Of a stretch of 53,655 nt of DNA, positions 37,301 to 46,805 are shown one piece after another (position 1 is the first letter of the stretch; each line of letters begins with the position of its first letter). Source of the stretch: a virus (lineage: Duplodnaviria > Caudoviricetes); IMG/VR virus record IMGVR_UViG_3300002855_000208, positions 1-53,655 of that record, one strand, 5' to 3'. Below the pieces are notes generated by a model. That model was not told the origin of the DNA. It did not search any database and worked only from the letters and a program-made list of their open reading frames with translations. The position numbers and the translations under genes were made by a program.

Positions 37301-38728
37301 CAAGAAGAATACCAAGCTGCTCTGAAATACATCCAGTACAAAAAAGACCTGAACCAAATGAACGAAAAGCAAGAACTTGCCGCACTCGAGAGATTACAAC
37401 AGAAGTATAAAGAGATCGCCGATATCCGTATGGATCTCGAGGTAAAGGTTTACAAACTTAAAGATCAAATGCAGGCATCATCGTTCAAGGCTTCTCAAGA
37501 GTGGATCGAGCAGGAAGAACGCCGTATGACGTTGGCCGGCAAGACAGAAGAAGAAATCACGCAGATGAAGCTCGATGCATGGACCCGGGTACGCAATCGG
37601 TATCAGAAAGATTCCGAACTGTACAAACAGGCAGACACCCAGGTTTATCAAGCTAAACTGGCCCAACTCAAAGCAGCTACCAAAGCCGAGGAAGAGGCTG
37701 CTAAGGAGCGCGAAAAACTCTCGAAGGAAAACACCAAGAGAGCACTCGACGCGATCGAGAAGGCCAAGAAAGCGGAGCTCGCCGCGTTGGATGAACGTCG
37801 GAAAGCGATCGACGATTTTTACCGGGACGCTAACCGGGCGATCGACGATAAAGAGCGCTTGAAAGAGCGAAACGATCTCATTGCCGAAATGGAGAAGTAC
37901 CAATTTGCAACTTCCGAGAAGGGTCAGAAGCATTATCTCGAGTTGCAAGAGAAACTTCGGCAGATGGACATTGAGGATCAAAAGCTAGCGTTACAGGACG
38001 AGCGCGATCAGAAACTCGAAGCTTTGGACAAGGAGAAGAAAGACATCGAGTCCTGGTACGACGAGTTGAAAGACGCGACTAACGATCTGACTAAGGATCT
38101 CACTAAACTGTACAAGCTCGCTGATGACGAGAGGCTGAAATCGTTCCGGGAGACTAACGCGCTCATTATTCAGGAGATGCAGAACCTACAGCGGGAGATG
38201 TCGGGGGGCGTGCAGGTTAATGTCGGAACCTCCGGGAATTCCGGAAATTCAGGGAATGCCATTAATCCATCCGTAATCTCGCAGATGATGGCAAACAGCG
38301 CGGCGTGGTCCGGGGCTTCCGCAGCGGAAAAGCAACGCCTCGAACAAGACAACATGCGACTCGGAACGTCTCAAGGATGGATGCGCAAACCAGATGGTCA
38401 TTGGTATACACCAGATGGACAGCTCGTCTACCACACCGGGGGAATCGCGGGGGAAATGAACTTCCGATCCGCGGACAACCTTATGCCCGATGAGGTCCAA
38501 GCAGTATTGAAGCGCGGTGAGCCGGTACTGACACCGCAACAGGTCGGCAGTCTCGTGTCCGCCGGTGGAGGCGGTGCAAAAGTCACGATCGAGAAGATTG
38601 TAGGTGTTGAGATGCACGATGTTGTTATGGAGGACGAGATCGATTTGCGGGCATACGAACGGACCGGTGGAAACGAAGCCGTCGATATTCTGCGCAAGAA
38701 ATTATCTGGAGGTGGGGGCACTGGCTAA
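34391..38728 (+). CDS. Tape measure protein
   Basis: 1445 aa, helical, hydrophobic mid-segment. Confidence 0.92.
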   Translation: MTVEIGELRARLTAEASQMKQEVKSVKAEFVGLGEQGKKTAGELKDVTDAVNQVAKTKDQIAKLTASLDIVNAKIEIQQKKLAALKGSYESAFNDERKNKLQERIVNTEASLLRLTQTSDTTAQKIWSLEDSLNQLGASGNKADSSIEKLDSALKDANKQTGDFKSQLSSLNTSLSDVGLNSKQIQKINDEIKKGNPQILEQQLKSIREQLQALGVDSKEIAKITAEIDRADPKAKEHEATIKRLAIAYTALSAAIAAVIVKSVQAAASFEQDAADLAAAMNLPIEKTDELKQSIVDLSLHAKQTIPEITGTMEQLNISFGVVGSELENLTKQTLEYARANKADAAPSTSLLTRAAQALGLQYKDLPDLMDKLTYASHSSGISINELSTLIISSGPAFKQLGLNIDRQIGLFSQLYKMGSIPSEVISPLNVALNNMAQDGAMNAEEAFNALIDQIKNAPDILTATAIASDTFGSRAGAKLAGNIRAGRFEVNEWEKSIKNAGGTVERVAGTQMDTLQTATTEFKAALTAAEIEVGEKFVPTVKIATEAVTNLLLGFKDMSSANQNAVITFATVTAGVGMVATAISGLITALKLLRVAGIAAGAALGWITGIALAIGAVTAAFVKYKTEVQEAAKAQAEFNDLVSKTPYAMTTSELQTQQQNLKEVNELLEKRSRLEKEIAENQVSIHALSQARGGMSTELQEMVKKSGKLNKELTDLDKKLKVFGIDTPEKAPDVVARLNKQVNEALPALVQLERQSKQEAVSHADNTKQLMALVDEYNKLNATAKLTEEQKLRLEQVLKRLKEEYPDLQVELDKEHRAHIKNKDALNEYITAEKNRVIATGEASIKTLEIAKTEAEKRIEIAKQTLKKIEDLENGKTKSEGSGFKFDAPGLDGMRKMSDQMIKRATDAAKKEIKEQIDSETVAINDATQLIRDLSLDNWQDYITKSFSSAPDKTKAAKDGKAKTLEQIQQEEYQAALKYIQYKKDLNQMNEKQELAALERLQQKYKEIADIRMDLEVKVYKLKDQMQASSFKASQEWIEQEERRMTLAGKTEEEITQMKLDAWTRVRNRYQKDSELYKQADTQVYQAKLAQLKAATKAEEEAAKEREKLSKENTKRALDAIEKAKKAELAALDERRKAIDDFYRDANRAIDDKERLKERNDLIAEMEKYQFATSEKGQKHYLELQEKLRQMDIEDQKLALQDERDQKLEALDKEKKDIESWYDELKDATNDLTKDLTKLYKLADDERLKSFRETNALIIQEMQNLQREMSGGVQVNVGTSGNSGNSGNAINPSVISQMMANSAAWSGASAAEKQRLEQDNMRLGTSQGWMRKPDGHWYTPDGQLVYHTGGIAGEMNFRSADNLMPDEVQAVLKRGEPVLTPQQVGSLVSAGGGGAKVTIEKIVGVEMHDVVMEDEIDLRAYERTGGNEAVDILRKKLSGGGGTG

Positions 38729-39266
38729 CGGATTTACATTCCGGGGGCAACACTGCTCCCTCTTTGGCGTTAATCTCTTATCCTACGTGATTAACTCGCC
38801 GGAACTTAGAGAATATGAGGACGAGGCGGCAGGGCGCCCAGGAGCGCTTGACTACGGCACGGAACTGGGGAAACGGGCAATCGATATCAAGATCGACATA
38901 ACGACCAACGAAACGCCGTTTAAGACGCGGCAATCACAAATTTATAACTGGCTCAAACCGACACTGCCGGCCGGGATACTCATTTTTGATGAGATACCGG
39001 ATCGGTTTTATTATGCCAAATTGAGCAGTAAGTTGACCCCGGAGCAATTCAATAGGTACGGAACGTTCGAACTGACGTTGAAATGCACAGATCCCTTTGC
39101 TTACGGACCAGAGCGCATCGAGGAATTAACCATTACAACGTCTCCAACGGCGATCGACATTCGTACCGACGGTACGGAGCCGACACCACCGTATATCGAA
39201 TTAACGAACAACGGAACAACGACAATTAATCGACTCAAATTACAGGTCGAATACCAAGTTGAATAG
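38712..39266 (+). CDS. Distal tail protein (Dit)
   Basis: GFTFRG, LIFDEIPDRFY, CTDPFAY; start uncertain. Confidence 0.8.
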   Translation: MGALANGFTFRGQHCSLFGVNLLSYVINSPELREYEDEAAGRPGALDYGTELGKRAIDIKIDITTNETPFKTRQSQIYNWLKPTLPAGILIFDEIPDRFYYAKLSSKLTPEQFNRYGTFELTLKCTDPFAYGPERIEELTITTSPTAIDIRTDGTEPTPPYIELTNNGTTTINRLKLQVEYQVE

Positions 39267-39278
39267 GAGAGATCAAAC

Positions 39279-39680
39279 ATGGCAATGGCAGTTAGTAACT
39301 ATCTCGCGACGGCGATCTTAAATCAAGTATTCCGGAATACCGCATATACACGTCCGACGACCGTTTACCTCGCCCTTTATACCTCAAACCCAACGGGGTC
39401 CGATACGGGAACCGAAGTCGCAGGAGGCGGCTATGTACGCCAAGCGGTAACGTTCGGCGCCCCTGCGTTGGTGGGAGGCAAAGAGACGATCAAGCCAACA
39501 TCAGATATTCAACTCCCTGTCGCATCTGCGGATTGGGGGAATATCACGCATGCCGGGATTCGCGACGCTGCGACAGGAGGAAATCTGCTCTATTACGGCC
39601 CTCTCGATTCAGCGAGGACGATCCTTAACGGAGACAGGCTCATGATCCAAAAAGATTCATGCGTGCTCACATTAAGCTAA
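39279..39680 (+). CDS. Tail tip/baseplate protein
   Basis: YLALYT, EVAGGGYVRQ, WGNITH, DAATGGNLL. Confidence 0.75.
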   Translation: MAMAVSNYLATAILNQVFRNTAYTRPTTVYLALYTSNPTGSDTGTEVAGGGYVRQAVTFGAPALVGGKETIKPTSDIQLPVASADWGNITHAGIRDAATGGNLLYYGPLDSARTILNGDRLMIQKDSCVLTLS

Positions 39681-39693
39681 GGAGGGGTTACGG

Positions 39694-41841
39694 ATGGCAC
39701 AACAACCAATGTACCCGGGTATGATCAATAGCCCGCAAACTGAGCTATCCGCGGCGATCAGTGATACAGCCGTCTCGATCTCCGTTACAGACGCATCAAA
39801 ACTACCTCCGGCCCCGAACCTTGCGACAATCGGAACGGATGAGACGGCCGAGACTATCCTTTATACCGGCAAGAGTGGAAATAATTTGACCGGAGTCACA
39901 CGGGCATTTGAAGGAGCGGCGAAGTCGTGGAGCGCTGGCGCGAAGATTGCCCGGAATTTTACTAATCGTGATTTTGAATCTATTCTGAACAACATTGAAG
40001 ATCACGAAACGCGCATCGTTGCTTCATCCGGTGAAATTGCCAACGTGAGTACCGAGGTTTCTGCACAAAAGGCGGAAACGGTGACACGCATATTCAATGT
40101 TGTAACGGGATACGGTGCAGATCCGACAGGTGTGGAAGATAGTACCGCAGCAATCCAAGCGGCATTGGATGAAATCGAAGCAGCTGGGGGCGGTATCCTC
40201 TATTTTCCGAGGGGAGTATACAAAGTAACGTATAGCCTGTTCTATGGATCAAACCTGACGATTCAAGGATACGGCGCAATGATCATGTTCACGCCCTCTC
40301 AAGCAAACGCCACTTGCTTCGTTCCGATCACATATACATCGGCCACGGAGTACATCGAGAATATCGTCATGGAAGGGTTTAAACTAAACTCGTCCTCCGA
40401 TAAAGGGAATGGCATCGGTACTCCAAAGGTAAAGAACATGGTTGTCCGCGATGTTTATACAGACCAACTCCATTGGCATCTCGTTGATATGGCAGGCGGT
40501 AAAAACATCACGGTTGAGAATTGCCACGCCGAGAATCTAAGCACTGCTGCATTTCAGGCGGACAACTTATCTGTAGAGGGCGGAATGTACGCGGAGCTTT
40601 CGGACGGGTCACTTGTAAGTGCAATCATCGACAACGATAACTGCGATGTGATTCGTGTGCTTAATTGTTCGGTTAAGAATGGAACAGGTTACGGAGTCCA
40701 CATGCACCGTACCGGAGGGAAGGATATTTTGGTGCAAGGATGCACCTTCGAAAACCTGGGGATTGCAATAGTATCTGATGAAAATACCGTTTGGCACAAT
40801 GTATCAATCGTCAATAACACAATCAGGAATTGCGTTAATGGGATAGATATGAAAGCTTGCCACCACGGCGTAAAAATTGATGGTAATGATATAAGCGAGA
40901 TCACAGGGCCGTTTAATTTCGGGATCGCAGTCAGGCAAAACATGAGCCAATCAATCATTGGTGGAGGAAGTAAAAATCACCGTATAGTTAATAATACGGT
41001 GAAAAACGCGCCGCGTGGAATCGCTCTTGATTGGTCTCTTAGCGGAATTGTAGCAAATAACATTCTGGAAGGATGCGGCATTGGTCAAACAACAGACTAT
41101 AACGGATCAAAGTCTCCGAGTCACTACGGCGTTAGTATTTATCTTTGCAGCAACATCGAAGTTAAAGACAACATTTTCTTGGATTGTCCAATATGCGGCA
41201 TTCGAGTCAATGTAGATTCAACAACCAGAAAAAAACTAAGTATAACAGGGAATACCTTTGAAAATTCAGGGAACGCAATTGTGTTTATGGGCTTCACTCT
41301 ATCTGCAGCAGCCTACACCACACCAAATTATACAGATGTAATTGTATCAGATAATATCGTAGGTCTTGGACAATACGGATTTATCGCGTTCGTTTTGGGT
41401 GGGATAAAGAAGGTAAAAGTAATTAACAACATCGTCAAAACGAATAACAATATCGGGCTGGAACTGGACTATTGTAGTGACATCAACGTGCAAGGTAATG
41501 ATGTAAGCATATCAACCTTGGCAACATCAGGATCTAGGTTCGGAATCTCGTTATTTGGATCTAGAGGATGGATTGAAAATAATAAAGTATCAGGGTGGGA
41601 GAGCTTGTCTACAAACATCGGAATCCGAACCGCCGACGATCTAATTGAAGGAAAAACGGATGAACTACCTAACGTGGCGTTTGGAGGAACTACAAAAATT
41701 GAGTATCCAGCAAGCTCAATACCAACAACGGCATTACTTAAGGTTGGATCTACAGCGAGAAATACCGCCCCGGCATCGGCTGGTTATATTGGTTGGGTTT
41801 ACACGTCAAGTGGGTGGAAGGGGTTCGGTTTGATTGCTTAG
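39694..41841 (+). CDS. Tailspike with pectin-lyase-like beta-helix (polysaccharide depolymerase)
   Basis: YGADPTGVEDSTAAIQAA, YFPRGVY, repeated IxxN beta-helix turns. Confidence 0.85.
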   Translation: MAQQPMYPGMINSPQTELSAAISDTAVSISVTDASKLPPAPNLATIGTDETAETILYTGKSGNNLTGVTRAFEGAAKSWSAGAKIARNFTNRDFESILNNIEDHETRIVASSGEIANVSTEVSAQKAETVTRIFNVVTGYGADPTGVEDSTAAIQAALDEIEAAGGGILYFPRGVYKVTYSLFYGSNLTIQGYGAMIMFTPSQANATCFVPITYTSATEYIENIVMEGFKLNSSSDKGNGIGTPKVKNMVVRDVYTDQLHWHLVDMAGGKNITVENCHAENLSTAAFQADNLSVEGGMYAELSDGSLVSAIIDNDNCDVIRVLNCSVKNGTGYGVHMHRTGGKDILVQGCTFENLGIAIVSDENTVWHNVSIVNNTIRNCVNGIDMKACHHGVKIDGNDISEITGPFNFGIAVRQNMSQSIIGGGSKNHRIVNNTVKNAPRGIALDWSLSGIVANNILEGCGIGQTTDYNGSKSPSHYGVSIYLCSNIEVKDNIFLDCPICGIRVNVDSTTRKKLSITGNTFENSGNAIVFMGFTLSAAAYTTPNYTDVIVSDNIVGLGQYGFIAFVLGGIKKVKVINNIVKTNNNIGLELDYCSDINVQGNDVSISTLATSGSRFGISLFGSRGWIENNKVSGWESLSTNIGIRTADDLIEGKTDELPNVAFGGTTKIEYPASSIPTTALLKVGSTARNTAPASAGYIGWVYTSSGWKGFGLIA

Positions 41842-41902
41842 TTCTTAAATCCGTTGTAACTGGAAATATTTCGTGATATATTTGGTCGAAAAAGGACTGA
41901 AT

Positions 41903-42559
41903 ATGTTGTTTAAGTATTTTAAAGCAATCTTCATGTATCCCAAAAGCATACTTTACTCTTTCCTTTATGCCAGAGGAAAGTTCATGACTGCTCCCATCGT
42001 TTCCAAATTCAATTGTTACGTCAAAGCACATAAAACCTCACGCTTTGAAATTGGTAGAAAGCTATTTCTAGGTTTTAGAACTTCGAGATACGGCGATGTT
42101 GCGCATAGCAAGTACGATAAAACAGTAATACAACTGGCACAAAACAGTAAGCTGATAATTACGGAAACTGCCGATTTTGGGCCTGGTGTAAGGGTTGTAA
42201 TCGGACAAGATGCTAAGATGATAATCGGAAATAATAGTTTTATTACGGCGAACAGTTTAGTTTTATGTGCGGAATCCGTTAGCATTGGAGACAACTGCGC
42301 AATATCTTGGGGTGTCCAGATAATGGACTCAGATATTCATCAAATTGCATCTCCGTCTCGTAGCAATTCAGTAAAGCCTATTTCTATAGGAGATAACGTT
42401 TGGATTGGTAGTCGGGCAACAATTCTAAAGGGAGTAACTATTGGCGACGGGGCTATTATTGCAGCGGGGGCCGTTGTCACAAAAGATGTACCACCGAATA
42501 CAGTCGTGGGAGGTAATCCCGCAAAAGTAATCAAAGAAAATGTTGAATGGGTTTTGTAA
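41903..42559 (+). CDS. Left-handed beta-helix O-acetyltransferase
   Basis: Hexapeptide repeats, [28 protein letters not shown]. Confidence 0.9.
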   Translation: MLFKYFKAIFMYPKSILYSFLYARGKFMTAPIVSKFNCYVKAHKTSRFEIGRKLFLGFRTSRYGDVAHSKYDKTVIQLAQNSKLIITETADFGPGVRVVIGQDAKMIIGNNSFITANSLVLCAESVSIGDNCAISWGVQIMDSDIHQIASPSRSNSVKPISIGDNVWIGSRATILKGVTIGDGAIIAAGAVVTKDVPPNTVVGGNPAKVIKENVEWVL

Positions 42560-42589
42560 CCGAAACAAAAGGATCATTTTGTGCAACAA

Positions 42590-42620
42590 GGCTCACGCTT
42601 CGGCGTGGGCTTTTTATTTT
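42590..42620 (+). terminator. Intrinsic terminator
   Basis: GCTCACGC-TTCG-GCGTGGGC followed by T run. Confidence 0.8.
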
Positions 42621-42638
42621 GAAAGGAGCTGATGCTCC

Positions 42639-43151
42639 ATGTTCAACCGCGGATCATTTAACCGGCTACCGTTTAACCGGACGAGTTCCATTGAAATACT
42701 TGCCTCCTTCTCTTGGTACGGTGAAGGAGAGGTGTCGGTCCATGCTTCCGTCGAGTACTTAGCCATAATCACCATGCATGGTGAAGGTGAGTTCAACCTT
42801 TCTGCTATCAGAGAAAAATTCGGTTCACTAACTTGGGACGGACTCGGACAGATGAGCATCGGCGCCATTCGCGAACGTCTCGCCTCGATCAAGTGGGACG
42901 GTGAAGGCGAGTTCAAGATCAACGCCGGCAAGTTTCACATCGAAGAGATCGAAGTCCTCGGACCGTTCGCTCCGGGCGATAAGATCGTTGTTGATACGGC
43001 TAAGCTTCGTGTAACGAAAAATGGCTCGACGATCGGATACGAAGGAGAATTCTTCGAACTCAACCCGGGCAACAACCACATCGTTTATACCGACACCGCG
43101 TCCGGACGTACAGTTCAGGTCCGCATAACGTATAGGGACAAATTCATATGA
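42639..43151 (+). CDS. Tail component (Dit C-terminal-like)
   Basis: FNRGSFNRLPFNR; FFELNPGNN. Confidence 0.7.
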   Translation: MFNRGSFNRLPFNRTSSIEILASFSWYGEGEVSVHASVEYLAIITMHGEGEFNLSAIREKFGSLTWDGLGQMSIGAIRERLASIKWDGEGEFKINAGKFHIEEIEVLGPFAPGDKIVVDTAKLRVTKNGSTIGYEGEFFELNPGNNHIVYTDTASGRTVQVRITYRDKFI

Positions 43152-43157
43152 TAGGGG

Positions 43158-45173
43158 GTGATTCCTATCGCCAGAAAATTCGAATCGCGCTTACAACTAT
43201 ACGCCGGCAACATTCGCCACATCCTCGCGGCCGCGTTTGAGGTCAGGGTCCGCGAAGAGGTAAACGGCGAGTATTACACACAGTTTATTTACCCGCGTAT
43301 GGAGGACGACGCAGAACGCTACGCAGCACTTGTTGAGGGTAACGATGTAGTCTTTCCAAAAGACGTTGAGCGAGGTCAGAAATTTCGAATCAGGCGCGTC
43401 GAAGAACAGCGAGACGGGAAAAAGGTCTTTAAGATCGTCGAAGCTCACCATATCGCCTACACGCTAAACAATTACTTCCTGGACGACTATATCGACTTTG
43501 CCGCGGCAAAGACCCTCCCACAGATGCTTGCGATGCTCGGCAAAGGGACACCCTTTACCTTTAAGGTAGAGGGTTCTTTTGATCCCCAAGATATTTTCGA
43601 CTTCGGAGAAAAACAGCGCTACGACCTTCTGCAGGAGCTCCGGCAACTCTACGGTGCGGAGATCGCCCAAGACAACTACACGATCACGTTGACGACGCGT
43701 AAAGGCGGAAACTACGGCGCCCGGGTCCGGTACGCGCATAATATGAAGGGCATCCGGCGGACAAGCCATGACATGGAGAGAATTACAAGACTCTATGGCT
43801 ACGGAAAGAACGGGTTGACGATAGAGGGGTACGGCGGGCGCTCGGTCAAGTACATTGATTCCCCTTACCTCGACCCTTCTAATCCATTTATGGTCTCTAT
43901 GGAATGGCCGGAGGTTGAAACTCAAGCCCGGCTCTTACAGGAGATGGAAAAGTATCTCAAGAAGTACGAACTTCCGAACGTCTCTTACCAGACTGATTTT
44001 GTGCAGATGGAAAAGATTGACCCAGACTTTGAATCGGAGCGGATCCGAGAGGCCGGCGACACGGTTACGGTATTGGATACGGAGCTCGGATATTCATTCG
44101 ATGCCCGGGCAATAGAATACGATCGCTATCCTTTTGAGCCAAAGCGCGGCAGCGCGACACTCGCGAACTTCCGTCCCATGAAGACATCGGATTATATCTT
44201 CCAGGCCACAGTTGCCAGTCAAAAGGCGATTGTCTACACGTCCGAAAATGCCGTGCTCAAGGGAGTTAAGTACGATGATTCGTTGACGCTCGTGGATGGA
44301 CTCGGCATGAAGGTAACCGACGATCACGCCCGCGAACGACTTCGGATCGGACAGACTGGTCCGGGCGAGTACGGATTGGCGATGTTCAACAAAGTCGGAG
44401 ACAAAACGATCTGGCAGGATGCCCAGACCGGCGATGCGAGATTCCGTGGGCTTATCCAAGCGTCGGCGTTCGAGGGTGGCACGATCGCGATCGGCAGCGG
44501 AAACAATATCTTCAAGGCCGATGCTAACGGCATTTACTTAGGGAATGCTGTTTTTTCATCGGCGCCATTTAGAGTCAATATGGCGGGTCACTTTGTGGCT
44601 GTTGGTGGAGAGTTTTCGGGGACAATTTCGGCTTCGATCATCACAGGTGGGCAGATTAATGGTTCAACGATAACGGGTGCTTTGATTCAAACGTCCGCAT
44701 CTTATCCTAGATCCGAAATGAGCGCATCTGGAAACCTGTTCGGTGGGTATGCTTCCGCGGATAAGAATATAAGGATAGAGGCTTTTAATGGGACAGCAAG
44801 TGCACCAGCGATAATAATAAGAGATGGGACTAGAAATAGTACAACGCTTATTTACCACGACACAATTTCTGATGAAGTTGTTTTAACCTCAACAAAAACA
44901 ATTCAAATTAGCTCCGGAATTGTAAATGATATAAGGTTGTATGGTCGTAGGGTTAGAGTTGAGAATTGGAACAATCTGTTCAGTGACGGCGGTGCCGGTG
45001 GTTCCGGGCAATCGATGCAACAAGCGCTCGATTCAAAAGCAAATAAATCATCCGCAACTAGCTCCGCAGGGTCTGCAAACGGTGGGATACCGATTGGAAC
45101 GCAGTTTAAAGATGTGAACGGAATGACTTGGACATGGAACGGCATCCCCGCCCATACACACACTATAAACTAA
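43158..45173 (+). CDS. Tail hub/spike (Tal, prophage endopeptidase-tail family)
   Basis: EEVNGEY, ITRLYGYGKNGL, GDTVTV. Confidence 0.8.
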   Translation: MIPIARKFESRLQLYAGNIRHILAAAFEVRVREEVNGEYYTQFIYPRMEDDAERYAALVEGNDVVFPKDVERGQKFRIRRVEEQRDGKKVFKIVEAHHIAYTLNNYFLDDYIDFAAAKTLPQMLAMLGKGTPFTFKVEGSFDPQDIFDFGEKQRYDLLQELRQLYGAEIAQDNYTITLTTRKGGNYGARVRYAHNMKGIRRTSHDMERITRLYGYGKNGLTIEGYGGRSVKYIDSPYLDPSNPFMVSMEWPEVETQARLLQEMEKYLKKYELPNVSYQTDFVQMEKIDPDFESERIREAGDTVTVLDTELGYSFDARAIEYDRYPFEPKRGSATLANFRPMKTSDYIFQATVASQKAIVYTSENAVLKGVKYDDSLTLVDGLGMKVTDDHARERLRIGQTGPGEYGLAMFNKVGDKTIWQDAQTGDARFRGLIQASAFEGGTIAIGSGNNIFKADANGIYLGNAVFSSAPFRVNMAGHFVAVGGEFSGTISASIITGGQINGSTITGALIQTSASYPRSEMSASGNLFGGYASADKNIRIEAFNGTASAPAIIIRDGTRNSTTLIYHDTISDEVVLTSTKTIQISSGIVNDIRLYGRRVRVENWNNLFSDGGAGGSGQSMQQALDSKANKSSATSSAGSANGGIPIGTQFKDVNGMTWTWNGIPAHTHTIN

Positions 45174-45183
45174 ATGTGATATC

Positions 45184-45741
45184 ATGGTGGAAAATGGGGA
45201 AGGGATGATTATTATGCGAAATCTCAGCAAGTATTTCGCGGTACTTATCGCTGGAGCATTGATGGCATTCTCCGGACAAGCTCTAGCAGACTCTGTTTCT
45301 AAAGTGGGCAAGAGGGTTCAAGCCGAATATGAAGTTGTTGTCGACGGCAAGACACTTGAAGCGAAAGCGTGGGCCATTGATGGACAGACTAATAGCCCGA
45401 ATAGAGCATTAGGAAACGCGCTCGGGTATGATGTTCAATTTAAAGACAATCAGGTTGTTTGGACAAAGAAAGAAGGTGCTAAAGTGCCTGAAGTACCAAT
45501 CGAGGAGCAAGTAACACCATCCCCAGAGTCAAAAGAACCGCAATATACACTAGAGTCTATTACTAAACTTATTGAAAGTAGAGAGAGCGCATTACGTCCT
45601 GTGAGGGTAATTATCGACGCCTCTGTAGCGGAAGGCGCGAGTGAAGAAGAACTAATTGAAGTTAGAAAAGCTCTCAAAGAAAAAGAAGATGAGCTAAACG
45701 AACTCAAAGCAATCAAAGCTGAATTAGAATCACAAAAATAG
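45184..45741 (+). CDS. Exported moron protein
   Basis: Signal peptide ending ALA-D; coiled-coil C-terminus; terminator near 45746-45773; start may be 45205 or 45214. Confidence 0.65.
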   Translation: MVENGEGMIIMRNLSKYFAVLIAGALMAFSGQALADSVSKVGKRVQAEYEVVVDGKTLEAKAWAIDGQTNSPNRALGNALGYDVQFKDNQVVWTKKEGAKVPEVPIEEQVTPSPESKEPQYTLESITKLIESRESALRPVRVIIDASVAEGASEEELIEVRKALKEKEDELNELKAIKAELESQK

Positions 45742-45786
45742 CAAGAAGGCGCTCCGATATGGGGCGTCTTTTTAATTTCGGAAAGG

Positions 45787-46029
45787 ATGATATTTATGGC
45801 AACCATTAACAGCAAAATCCTAATCGAAGCAGATCCTAGACAGCCCGTTGTCGAAATTTGCTCAGTCATTTCCCATTTCATACAGATGTGGCCCGGTAGT
45901 GAACAGTTGGTTTTAGAAGGAGTGAAAAAAGAAATTGACGGATTCCTTACCAACTTTGAAGAAGCGAATAAGGCGCCAGTGCCGGCCGCGAGACCGGCCA
46001 TAAACAGAAGACACAAGAAGAGAAGATGA
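45787..46029 (+). CDS. Hypothetical protein
   Basis: AAAGGA RBS. Confidence 0.6.
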   Translation: MIFMATINSKILIEADPRQPVVEICSVISHFIQMWPGSEQLVLEGVKKEIDGFLTNFEEANKAPVPAARPAINRRHKKRR

Positions 46030-46069
46030 TCCCCATTGAGGGATTTTTTATTTTGGGGGTGGGGCTCGG

Positions 46070-46435
46070 GTGAATCCGGAGATGCAAGAATTAAACAAAT
46101 TGAGCGTTGGACTAGCCAAAGTAGAGGTCGCACAGGAACAGACAGCCGCGGCTATCGTGCGAATGTCGGGCAGTATTGATCGACTTGTTGACCGGCTTGA
46201 AAAGTCAGACGACATCGCTCGAGAAGCTTTCGAAAAAGTGAAGTCGGCACAGTATCAAATAAACGAACAAAAAAGTCGGCTGGATGAAACCAATCGCCAC
46301 TATGACAGTGAGATCCGGGCGCTTAATTCCAGGTTTGAAACAGAGACGGAAAAGCGGAAGCAAGGAAATCGTTGGATTATCGGCATGGTATTTACGGCTG
46401 CGAGCTTTGTTGTGGCTGTCATTAAACTATTTTAG
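46070..46435 (+). CDS. XhlA-like membrane-anchored lysis protein
   Basis: Coiled coil plus C-terminal TM after RWIIG. Confidence 0.7.
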   Translation: MNPEMQELNKLSVGLAKVEVAQEQTAAAIVRMSGSIDRLVDRLEKSDDIAREAFEKVKSAQYQINEQKSRLDETNRHYDSEIRALNSRFETETEKRKQGNRWIIGMVFTAASFVVAVIKLF

Positions 46436-46448
46436 GAGGAAAATAATC

Positions 46449-46805
46449 ATGCAAGCATATATCGATCAAATCGTGCAGGCCCTCGTTGGCCTGCTTGTTG
46501 TTTTTGTCTTGGGAGTTGTCGCTTCCCTGAGGGTGAAGGTCAATGTGTGGCTATCGTCCAAGACGAGCGCACAGCAGCGCGAAATCCTCCATAGGATCGC
46601 CGCTGAAGGGTTTGCGCTCGTAGAGGTCACATACAAACAGATGGACGGTCCGGCGAAGTTAAACAAGGCACTTAAATACGTGAGTGATCGCGCCATATCG
46701 TACGGGCTTGATTTTTCCATTGATACGATCCGGGCCGTAGTTGAAAAGGCAGTTCTCGAGTACAACGCCAAGGTAAAAGGGAGTGGCAAGGAGCTGGGTG
46801 AATGA
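46449..46805 (+). CDS. Holin (LL-H-like)
   Basis: AGGAGG RBS; N-terminal TM; GPAKLNKA...VEKAV. Confidence 0.8.
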   Translation: MQAYIDQIVQALVGLLVVFVLGVVASLRVKVNVWLSSKTSAQQREILHRIAAEGFALVEVTYKQMDGPAKLNKALKYVSDRAISYGLDFSIDTIRAVVEKAVLEYNAKVKGSGKELGE

